Shown: one piece after another, positions 57,018 through 64,000 of the stretch | How positions within the stretch are numbered: the first letter of the stretch is position 1 | Layout of the letters: the number at the start of each line of letters is the position of its first letter | IMG/VR virus record: IMGVR_UViG_3300048008_000449 | Span: 62,001 to 126,000 of that record | Direction: 5' to 3' (one strand) | Length of the DNA: 64,000 nucleotides | Position numbers and translations under genes: made by a program | Notes under the pieces: generated by a model | Seen by the model: the letters and a program-made list of their open reading frames with translations, nothing else | What the model was told of the DNA's origin: nothing | The model's database searches: none

Positions 57018-57530
57018 TTATCCTTCCATTGTTATTGCACCTAATGCAATTGCATAAAGTGAATGTGAGTGAATCTTAGTCATTATATCCAAAAGATTTG
57101 CTTTTTCTTGTAAGAAAACTTTAGCGAACTTTGGATCGTTTGCTACGATATCTGCACTGTTGTCAATTAAGTCAGCTAGCTTGATAATTTGTGCTTGCTC
57201 ACTTGCTAATCCAAGACGTTTAGCATCTATGCCTTTACGTACTGCCCTGTTACCATCTTCGGGTTTACTAGTATCAGTTAATTCAAGAACCAACTTAAAT
57301 ACAACCCAACCAAATTCTTCAGCAATCATTGCAGGCGATACATGTGTGTCTTCGATGACATCATGTAGCAATGCCGCGGCGATCATCTCATCAGTTCCGC
57401 CATGCTCTTTTACAAGTCTAGCAACCCTGATTGGATGTACGATATAATCGTCTCCGCTATATTTTCGTTTCTGACCAACTGCGGCATGAGCCACAGTTGC
57501 GAAAAGTTTTGCTTTTTGAATGATGTCCAT
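57018..57530 (-). CDS. HD-domain protein, small alarmone hydrolase-like (SpoT/Mesh1 family)
   Basis: AH..QKRK, YIVHP, AALLHDVIEDT, LTD, IKLAD..DN. Confidence 0.85.
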   Translation of the reverse strand: MDIIQKAKLFATVAHAAVGQKRKYSGDDYIVHPIRVARLVKEHGGTDEMIAAALLHDVIEDTHVSPAMIAEEFGWVVFKLVLELTDTSKPEDGNRAVRKGIDAKRLGLASEQAQIIKLADLIDNSADIVANDPKFAKVFLQEKANLLDIMTKIHSHSLYAIALGAITMEG

Positions 57531-57539
57531 TTTTATTTC

Positions 57540-57875
57540 CTATTTTAAGTAATGAGGACCAGTCCATGCTACACTGTATTCTTCAAATACGTTACCACGT
57601 GCGGCATTCCTAGCTGGTGCATTCCAACCTGCGGCTTTAAGGATATCACCTTTTTTGAATAGTTTATCATCATCTGTATTAACAATAAAACCCCAAACGC
57701 CATTATCACGTATAATCTTAATATACTTTTTACCAGTCTTAACAGTAATACTATCATCAAAATTATCAACAGTTTCTTTAAAGTAACCTGACAATTCTTT
57801 TGTACCACCAGCAGTAGTCCAATTGATGTAGTCTGCTTTGATCTTACCTTTTAGTGTTTCAATTTGTGTTTGCAT
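57540..57875 (-). CDS. Conserved early phage protein
   Basis: GKKYIKI...GDILKAAGWNAPARN.ARGN. Confidence 0.7.
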   Translation of the reverse strand: MQTQIETLKGKIKADYINWTTAGGTKELSGYFKETVDNFDDSITVKTGKKYIKIIRDNGVWGFIVNTDDDKLFKKGDILKAAGWNAPARNAARGNVFEEYSVAWTGPHYLK

Positions 57876-57892
57876 TTTGTAACTCCTTTTGT

Positions 57893-57937
57893 TTAACTAT
57901 ACTTACAGTATATGATAAGATGTCTTGGTTGTCAACC
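57893..57937 (-). promoter_or_regulatory. Early promoter repeat, copy 1
   Basis: GGTTGACA-N17-TATACTGTAAGTATAGTTAA. Confidence 0.85.
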
Positions 57938-57949
57938 ATAATCGTAAAG

Positions 57950-57977
57950 AAAAAACCCTTATAAAACAAGGGTTTCT
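57950..57977. terminator. Terminator hairpin, repeated at about 60948-60977
   Basis: aaaaaacccttataaaacaagggttt. Confidence 0.7.
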
Positions 57978-58057
57978 AAATTAATTTAAAAAAAGATTAA
58001 TAAAACCTACTGTATAATTGGCTATAATCACGCCTATAAACACGTCAAATACCGTCA

Positions 58058-59170
58058 CTAGTCGCTTCTTTCGCCATATCCGTAGTCTACTATAACCGGA
58101 AAACGTGGAACACCATCTGGCGTTAATTCGAAGTATCTACACGTAGCCCAATTTGGTGCATTTTTGGATTCCCACAATTTTGATAACTGTGCTTGTTGTC
58201 CTCTAATTCCACTACCAAATTCTTTACCATCTTTATCCCTAAGAATAAAACGTTTAGCATGTCCAGCCCAATTACCTTGACCTTCAAGCATTTGAATAAC
58301 AGTAAATTCTTCTGTGATAAACTCTTTACGTTTTAGCAAGTTTTTACTTCGCTTGCTTTCGTATGGAGTATCATTACGTACCATTTGACCTTCATATCCG
58401 GCTTGCATATACCCACTATACATTTCATCCAATTGTGCTTGATTCTCACAATATTCTGTAGGTACAATTTTAACATATTCATTGTTAGCCCAATATGCTT
58501 GTTTAATACGATTTGTAAATTTCATATTAGGTACTATACTATCATACATATCATACACATGATATTGTACAAGGCTCTTTGCTTCTTCAATATCTTCAGA
58601 TGTACTTTTTAGTTTTCTAACTAGACTTGTAATTTTATTGAAGTCTGCTTTTAGTTCATGATTATAAAGTTCACCATCTAAAATAAAATGAGGATTCTGT
58701 TCCATGTAACCTTTAAGTGATTCCCAAATGTGTGGGCAACTTGTAATAGGTTTACCAGCACGTGTCCACATGCCATTTTTATCAACTACACAACGAATAC
58801 CATCTAGCTTAGGTTGACTCCAACCTGATTCTTGTGGACGCTTTGTATAATCGTGTGCAAGCATTGGCTTAAATTTTTCGTAAGAGTCAATGCTGTCTAC
58901 ATTTTCAAAGTACTCTTTATCCGAACGTTTTACCCATAATGCTTGGGCTTCTGCCATTGCTTGACTTAAACTTGTTGTTTCATTTACTTTACCAACGTTC
59001 TTTGGAGAACTCATATTCCATTCGCTAGTAACTTTTTGTCCGTCAACTAATCCACTAATAGTACGTGTACCAGCTAAGTTATCTGATTCACCGTATTCAA
59101 CTTGCCACATACGGACTTTGCCTGTTGTATCTCTTTTATAAAGAGTTTTTAATGTTACAATATTTTTCAT
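58058..59170 (-). CDS. lig: ATP-dependent DNA ligase
   Basis: QPKLDGIR, LDGELY, YEGQMVR, LLKRK, PRFP. Confidence 0.93.
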   Translation of the reverse strand: MKNIVTLKTLYKRDTTGKVRMWQVEYGESDNLAGTRTISGLVDGQKVTSEWNMSSPKNVGKVNETTSLSQAMAEAQALWVKRSDKEYFENVDSIDSYEKFKPMLAHDYTKRPQESGWSQPKLDGIRCVVDKNGMWTRAGKPITSCPHIWESLKGYMEQNPHFILDGELYNHELKADFNKITSLVRKLKSTSEDIEEAKSLVQYHVYDMYDSIVPNMKFTNRIKQAYWANNEYVKIVPTEYCENQAQLDEMYSGYMQAGYEGQMVRNDTPYESKRSKNLLKRKEFITEEFTVIQMLEGQGNWAGHAKRFILRDKDGKEFGSGIRGQQAQLSKLWESKNAPNWATCRYFELTPDGVPRFPVIVDYGYGERSD

Positions 59171-59325
59171 AAAGAATTCCTGCGTAGTTTTTTAAGAATT
59201 GTGTTTGCAGTTTGCATCCAAAATTTTTCTGCCCAACTGCCTTTTTCAGCTTGTTTAGCAGTACGAACGCAAGCATCTATTCTGCGTTCGTACAACTTAA
59301 TTGTAGCTTCGTCCATTTTTTCCAT
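59167..59325 (-). CDS. Small hypothetical protein, 52 aa, not in the ORF track
   Basis: Coupled to neighbours at both ends. Confidence 0.6.
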   Translation of the reverse strand: MEKMDEATIKLYERRIDACVRTAKQAEKGSWAEKFWMQTANTILKKLRRNSL

Positions 59326-59669
59326 TAGTCTAACCTTGAATTAGCATAGGCTTTAAATCCAAAAGATTCAAATACATCTGCCGCCGCTTCTGCACCTGCT
59401 TCTTTGATATCAACGTTTTGAACAAACATTTCACCTGGATTCCAAATTTTATAAGCACCACTATAGTCTTTTTCAATACCAGCGGCTTTCATAGCCCTAC
59501 CTAATTTAGTATTACCTTTAATACCATAAATGTTAACCCAAGCAAATCCACATGGATAATTATCTTCACTATTCATCTTTTCAGTAAAGTATTCTTGAGA
59601 AGCATTTGCCGCCGCAGTTTTAGCTTTAGCAAGTATTGATTTAATTTCATTTACATCATATTCTAGCAT
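59325..59669 (-). CDS. Conserved early phage protein (CGFAWV motif)
   Basis: SD AGGAG and own promoter. Confidence 0.7.
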   Translation of the reverse strand: MLEYDVNEIKSILAKAKTAAANASQEYFTEKMNSEDNYPCGFAWVNIYGIKGNTKLGRAMKAAGIEKDYSGAYKIWNPGEMFVQNVDIKEAGAEAAADVFESFGFKAYANSRLD

Positions 59670-59689
59670 TTATTTCTCCTTGTTTTTTA

Positions 59690-59734
59690 TTAACTATACT
59701 TACAGTATACAGTAAGACATCTTACTTGTCAACC
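59690..59734 (-). promoter_or_regulatory. Early promoter repeat, copy 2
   Basis: TTGACA-AGTAAGATGTCTTACTG-TATACT. Confidence 0.85.
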
Positions 59735-59737
59735 TTT

Positions 59738-59917
59738 TTAATCGAAAAAATTACCCAACACCCAAACAAATTTTGTGTCACTTACTTGTTTCCACATTCC
59801 GTCTTTCCAATTAGACCACAATATAGCTTTGTTGGCATCTTCCATAACATCAAGTCCATTTTCTGCTTTTGCAGTAAATGTTTCACCCAAATGATTTTCA
59901 AATGTAAATGTTTTCAT
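59738..59917 (-). CDS. Small early protein, 59 aa (MKTFTFENHLG...), not in the ORF track
   Basis: Lies between two promoter repeats; SD AAGGA. Confidence 0.65.
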   Translation of the reverse strand: MKTFTFENHLGETFTAKAENGLDVMEDANKAILWSNWKDGMWKQVSDTKFVWVLGNFFD

Positions 59918-59936
59918 AAATTATGTCCTTTTTTTA

Positions 59937-59981
59937 TTAACTATACTTACAGTATACAGTAAGACGTCTTACTTGTCAACC
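59937..59981 (-). promoter_or_regulatory. Early promoter repeat, copy 3, with a perfect 16-bp palindrome
   Basis: AGTAAGACGTCTTACT at 59958-59973, between -35 and -10. Confidence 0.88.
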
Positions 59982-60096
59982 TTTTAATCTGGTAAAATTT
60001 GTGATCTTTTATATTCATATGCATCATAAGAATTTTTACGATCTATAACAAAAAGACCTACTGTTAACATCAATAATATAATCATAAACTTATTCA

Positions 60097-60444
60097 TTAT
60101 TTTTTCCATCTATATTCATCTGAAGTCCAATCTGGATCTTCGTAATTTAACATTTCTTCACCAGTGTCAATATCTGTATCTTCATATGGTACACATTCTT
60201 CTACTTTTACTATATCACCATGTTCTACAAAATTGTGGTCACATGCATAAACTTCTGCATCACCTAAGCAACCATCATGCCAATCTATTTTCTCAATTCC
60301 ACCATGTTCAATTATTTTATCCATGGCTTCGTCTTTAGAATCAGCAATAACATCATATTCAACCCACGCCGTATAACAGGTTTTAACTCTAAACTTTTGT
60401 TTACCTATTTCCTTGTGTGGGTTGTCTTTTTTATATTCTATCAT
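60097..60444 (-). CDS. Acidic hypothetical protein
   Basis: 115 aa with SD. Confidence 0.65.
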   Translation of the reverse strand: MIEYKKDNPHKEIGKQKFRVKTCYTAWVEYDVIADSKDEAMDKIIEHGGIEKIDWHDGCLGDAEVYACDHNFVEHGDIVKVEECVPYEDTDIDTGEEMLNYEDPDWTSDEYRWKK

Positions 60445-60455
60445 TGTTTCCTTTC

Positions 60456-60869
60456 CTAAGAAGTTTTTACGTAAGGTTTATTCCACTCACCAACATTAAT
60501 ATGTACATAGTAAGCCCTGTCAAAATAATCACTTGAAGTGTCATCATTACAGTAATATTTTTTACCGCCATCCATACCTGGTGCAGTATGTGCAATTTCT
60601 GAGATCCTATCAAAGAATCCTTGGAACTCACCATAAAAATGTGTATGATAATGATTTACTTGGAAGTGACCATTACAAGCGATTTTATCGCCTCTGGCAT
60701 TTTCTGTTTCCCAAGTATCAAGAGGTGCAATACCACTTTTAACTGTAATATCAACACTTGAACCGTGCTGTCTACGAACGCCGAATTTAAAGTTTTTACC
60801 AAACTCTGCTTTAAGAGCTTGTCTAATTGATTTAACTTCTTGTGCTGTAATATAAGCCATGTTTTTCAA
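60456..60869 (-). CDS. LPD29-like early protein
   Basis: YIT..EVK.IRQALK..F...FGVR...S; D.SSDYFD..YY. Confidence 0.55.
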   Translation of the reverse strand: MKNMAYITAQEVKSIRQALKAEFGKNFKFGVRRQHGSSVDITVKSGIAPLDTWETENARGDKIACNGHFQVNHYHTHFYGEFQGFFDRISEIAHTAPGMDGGKKYYCNDDTSSDYFDRAYYVHINVGEWNKPYVKTS

Positions 60870-60881
60870 CTCCTGTTTTAA

Positions 60882-60926
60882 TTAACTATACTTACAGTAT
60901 ATAGTAAGACATCTTACTTGTCAACC
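60882..60926 (-). promoter_or_regulatory. Early promoter repeat, copy 4
   Basis: Same 45-nt element as copies 1-3. Confidence 0.85.
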
Positions 60927-60996
60927 AGATAAGTTAAAAAAAGCCATAAAAAAACCCTTATAAAACAAGGGTTTTTAAATTAATTTAATTTTTTTG

Positions 60997-62097
60997 TTAT
61001 TTTTGCCAAGGAAATACACGATATTTTTGTTGTAGTTCTGCTGTAGGTATGTTTTTTACCCATCTTGGTTGTGGCACTAATAGCATCTGTGGGTCCATAA
61101 AAGTCATCATTACTCTATCACCTAGTCCTGAATTATTGATACGTGTAATTAAGTCATTCAAGCATGCTATTCTATCTTCTAAATTATAGTAAAATGCAGT
61201 AGCTTGATAATGAAATATATTACTTAAATGTATGTAAATATTTCCTTCTGTATTTTCTAAGTCACCTACTAAATCTCTGGTTTCTAATCCATTAAAGAAA
61301 TCGTGATGTATGTATTTGTAATTTATTGTTGGAAATACATTTTTAAACCATTCACTAAAACCTTCTTGTTGGTCTAATAAATCTTGCATAGTTTGTTTAT
61401 GTTTTCCTCCACGTACTATCCATGTTGTACCATCTACACTAGTACTGTCTATAAGTTTTTTAACAAATGAAGAACAGTCTGTTCCATCCCATTCAGTAAT
61501 CCAACGTTTTGCATTTAACAATCCAATATTGCTAATATCTCTTAATTCAACTGTAGCGCCTTCGCTCATATTGAGTGCATATGGATATAGTATTGGATTT
61601 AATCCGCCCGATGAAGTTATTATTTTACTAAATGTTTTATGAATTTTTGGCATATACTGTTTTGCTATTTCAGCATTATCAGTATTTGCTACAAATGAAA
61701 CTTCAGTGTTAAGAATTTTAATTAATTCTGACATGTTTGCAGTATTTGTTTTATTAAAGTCTAAAACATACTCTCTATAATTTTCTGCAAGAACTATATC
61801 ATAATCTTCAAAATCTTGTTCATTAATAAATTCCATAAAGTTATCAATGTTTGGAAATACTATTCCTTGTCTAATAATTAATACAGTTTCAAATCCTTCA
61901 CCATCACTTTGTATTTGTAAGTCTTCTTCAGAGACTCCAACAAATTGTTGAAACTTTGAATTTTGTAATAGAACATAATAATACTCAAATAAGTTTCTGG
62001 AAAACCCATTTACGAAAGGATTATTATTATCGTGTACTAACCATCCTATTGAAATTTTTTTGTTTTCTTTTAATAATTGATCTAACTGTTTACGCAT
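60997..62097 (-). CDS. Hypothetical protein, paralog of 40094..41452
   Basis: 366 aa; shared motifs. Confidence 0.7.
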   Translation of the reverse strand: MRKQLDQLLKENKKISIGWLVHDNNNPFVNGFSRNLFEYYYVLLQNSKFQQFVGVSEEDLQIQSDGEGFETVLIIRQGIVFPNIDNFMEFINEQDFEDYDIVLAENYREYVLDFNKTNTANMSELIKILNTEVSFVANTDNAEIAKQYMPKIHKTFSKIITSSGGLNPILYPYALNMSEGATVELRDISNIGLLNAKRWITEWDGTDCSSFVKKLIDSTSVDGTTWIVRGGKHKQTMQDLLDQQEGFSEWFKNVFPTINYKYIHHDFFNGLETRDLVGDLENTEGNIYIHLSNIFHYQATAFYYNLEDRIACLNDLITRINNSGLGDRVMMTFMDPQMLLVPQPRWVKNIPTAELQQKYRVFPWQK

Positions 62098-62100
62098 AAA

Positions 62101-62481
62101 TTAATCCCAATGCATCACGTTATGCTTTTGATGCTCGTATGTTTCTTTTAATTGTGTCATTACAGGAATAGAAAATCTAAAACTAAATCTATTAAAATTT
62201 ACGGCTGCAAAGCTAGCAGGCTCACATTCAGGTCTTGGTCCTGATTTACTGTGATACCACCAAATCTTTCCATCGCCCTTCATTTCTAAACCTTGTATTC
62301 CTTCACCTTTATCCCAATTTTCTAAAATATATTCAAAATCTTTTTGAAGTATTTCTCTCGCAATAACAACATAGTCTGTTACTTTAAAAGAGATCTTAAC
62401 TCTACCTAAATCTTTAAATAAGTAAATTTTAATTGGATCTGAAAATAAAACTACTTCGTCTCTATCCTTTATTGTAGGCAT
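62101..62481 (-). CDS. Hypothetical protein
   Basis: 126-aa ORF. Confidence 0.65.
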   Translation of the reverse strand: MPTIKDRDEVVLFSDPIKIYLFKDLGRVKISFKVTDYVVIAREILQKDFEYILENWDKGEGIQGLEMKGDGKIWWYHSKSGPRPECEPASFAAVNFNRFSFRFSIPVMTQLKETYEHQKHNVMHWD

Positions 62482-63211
62482 CAGTTATCTCCTTTGCTAG
62501 TTCTTTATTTATTTCTTGATGATTTTGAAAATCTTCATAGTATTGATGTATCCAATTTTGATCTGGACTATCAATTCCCACTGTATCCCATAATGTATTA
62601 AGTCCATCTAATGTAGACCATTGACTTTGATTTAATGTAATATCACCTTCATCATCGTTAATTTCATTATTAAATTGTTTTTTAGCATTAAAATTAGAAA
62701 CAATAGTTTCTGTTGATTGCCAAGCATGATCGTCTTTGCTGTAGTTTGCATTACGTTCATCTTCCATTAAGTAATTATACTCACGTGCTGCCCAACTAAC
62801 AATGTTACCATCCCATTCGTCAATTCTTGTTCTAATCATTATTACTGGTATTCCTCTACTCCATTTCCAAATATCTTTATAATTTTGTGCATGTAGTAAT
62901 ACGGCAATACTTTTTGTTTCAATTAAGTTTAATAATCCGTCTAATTGATCATTTGAAATATTCATAGTATTTCTAACGTTATAATTATACCATTGATTAT
63001 CAACATCTGATATATTCCAATAGTCATCATGTACACGTATTTTACCTAGCTCGCCTGGTTCATGGTCAATTTCTTTTCCATCTAGTTCGTAACTTGCCCA
63101 GTGTTCTCCTGCTTGGCTTTCTCCGTGTAACATAGGACTATTATTAAGCAAATATGGAACTTCCATTTGACTTATGCAACTATGACTGCATACTAAGTAT
63201 AGTGTATTCAT
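62462..63211 (-). CDS. Hypothetical protein
   Basis: 249-aa ORF. Confidence 0.65.
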   Translation of the reverse strand: MNTLYLVCSHSCISQMEVPYLLNNSPMLHGESQAGEHWASYELDGKEIDHEPGELGKIRVHDDYWNISDVDNQWYNYNVRNTMNISNDQLDGLLNLIETKSIAVLLHAQNYKDIWKWSRGIPVIMIRTRIDEWDGNIVSWAAREYNYLMEDERNANYSKDDHAWQSTETIVSNFNAKKQFNNEINDDEGDITLNQSQWSTLDGLNTLWDTVGIDSPDQNWIHQYYEDFQNHQEINKELAKEITDAYNKG

Positions 63212-63466
63212 TTAATCCTCTAAGTTTTTTCTTTTTTCTCGAATTGCTTCTTGCAAATCAAGTATTTGTTCATTTTCTATTAATCTAATAATTGTTTCAT
63301 TAACGCCTATTTCATGTTGTATCATTCCTAATTTAACCATTAACTTATCAATTTCCTTTGTGTAATAATCAAGTTCTTTTTGTTTACGAGCTCTTCTGTC
63401 GTAAATGTCTGATATATCAATTATTAACTTTGGTTTCTTATTACTGTTATGTCCTATTAAGCTCAT
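63212..63466 (-). CDS. Small coiled-coil protein (IGHN motif)
   Basis: SD GAGGTG. Confidence 0.65.
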   Translation of the reverse strand: MSLIGHNSNKKPKLIIDISDIYDRRARKQKELDYYTKEIDKLMVKLGMIQHEIGVNETIIRLIENEQILDLQEAIREKRKNLED

Positions 63467-63489
63467 CTGTCACCTCTTCTAATAAAACA

Positions 63490-63570
63490 CAGGGTTAGCT
63501 GTCCGCTGGCACTGTCCTACGGTGTTGACATGCAAGCAATGAATCTCTGCCGGGCCATGTTTGCTACCTG
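63490..63570 (-). ncRNA. Candidate structured RNA leader
   Basis: GC-rich non-coding island with paired ends, downstream of TAAATA (63578-63583). Confidence 0.45.
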
Positions 63571-63576
63571 CTAGTA

Positions 63577-64000
63577 CTATTTACCAGTAAAAATACTGTA
63601 CCCAATTTTGTATTCAATACCTTGAGCATTAAAGTTTACTGCACTATGTAATTTACCCATATCAAATGTAATTGCATCGCCAGGTTGCCAACGTACAATT
63701 GATTCTACTGTAAGTCCGTGTAGAGCTTCGTATGGTACATGTGTTAGATATTCATCGTATATTTGTTTATTAAATGGAATATCTGTGAATCCTTCTATCT
63801 TAGAATAATCAGTTAAACTTTTATTATAAAAACTTTCAGGTACTTTTGGATATCCTCTAAAACACTTAATAGGGCCATCTAAATAATATTGATCAAATAC
63901 AACAAAATTAGTTGGCTTTGATATTTCTAAAGGAATAACTACTGTCTTAAAGATATCATATATCTTTTCGTGATAATCATCGTTATGAACTATGTGAGGT
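63577..64000 (-). CDS. Putative 2OG-Fe(II) oxygenase, 5'-truncated by the window
   Basis: PHIVHND...WQPGDAITFD...LHS...K. Confidence 0.6.
   Translation of the reverse strand, partial: PHIVHNDDYHEKIYDIFKTVVIPLEISKPTNFVVFDQYYLDGPIKCFRGYPKVPESFYNKSLTDYSKIEGFTDIPFNKQIYDEYLTHVPYEALHGLTVESIVRWQPGDAITFDMGKLHSAVNFNAQGIEYKIGYSIFTGK

Noticed and set aside
57893-60926. Repeats resembling a CRISPR array
   Set aside because: Spacing is irregular (250-1800 nt), the intervals contain genes, the repeat is a sigma70 promoter, and no cas genes are present
63490-63570. HDV-like ribozyme or SAM-I riboswitch
   Set aside because: Could not build the P1/P1.1/P2 nested pseudoknot or the SAM-I P1 AUC/GAU core
1-64000. 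Bacterial chromosome origin suggested by clp, infC, rpsU and guaC
   Set aside because: No bacterial synteny (no rpmI-rplT after infC, no tig or lon by clpPX); T4-like late promoters, spanins, endolysin and dense small ORFs indicate a phage
1-64000. Stop-codon reassignment
   Set aside because: Standard code gives full-length known proteins ending in TAA, TAG and TGA, and no suppressor tRNA was seen

Overview
This window is a 64-kb segment of a large, AT-rich lytic tailed phage, probably a jumbo T4-like or T4-analogous myovirus. It is almost entirely coding and mostly on the minus strand. The host is most likely a marine alphaproteobacterium, based on an alpha-type circularly permuted tmRNA, a ROSE thermometer and DUF1127 genes. 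Contents by region: (i) 0-16 kb, a late-gene block of modular proteins sharing an N-terminal M-[KRL]-[IV]-x-[ED]-[IVL] signal and internal [ILVM]-x-E sites. These include a CCA-adding enzyme fused to a HAD phosphatase, a 1085-aa Pro-repeat protein with a Pol-beta nucleotidyltransferase, and an LPD23/HExxH protein. I interpret them as capsid-packaged, protease-processed effectors. (ii) Six radical SAM genes, several 2OG-Fe(II) oxygenases, two Cj1417-like glutamine amidotransferases, a cytidylyltransferase, a ferritin-like protein and a TctC-like protein. (iii) A near-complete proteostasis and translation toolkit: ClpA, ClpS, ClpX, ClpP, a DnaJ-class chaperone, Hsp20, IF3, bS21, tmRNA and 4 tRNAs. 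(iv) Lysis genes: a GH19 endolysin, holin candidates and i/o-spanins. (v) Auxiliary genes: uvsE, phoH, speD, guaC, peroxiredoxin, lipase and an alarmone-hydrolase-like HD protein. (vi) 57-61 kb, an early region of repeated sigma70 promoter cassettes carrying a palindromic operator. Late promoters are TAAATA; six sit exactly 5 nt before a start codon, which predicts leaderless mRNAs. Three unexplained structured non-coding leaders are also present. All calls come from motif recognition by eye; no database searches were run.
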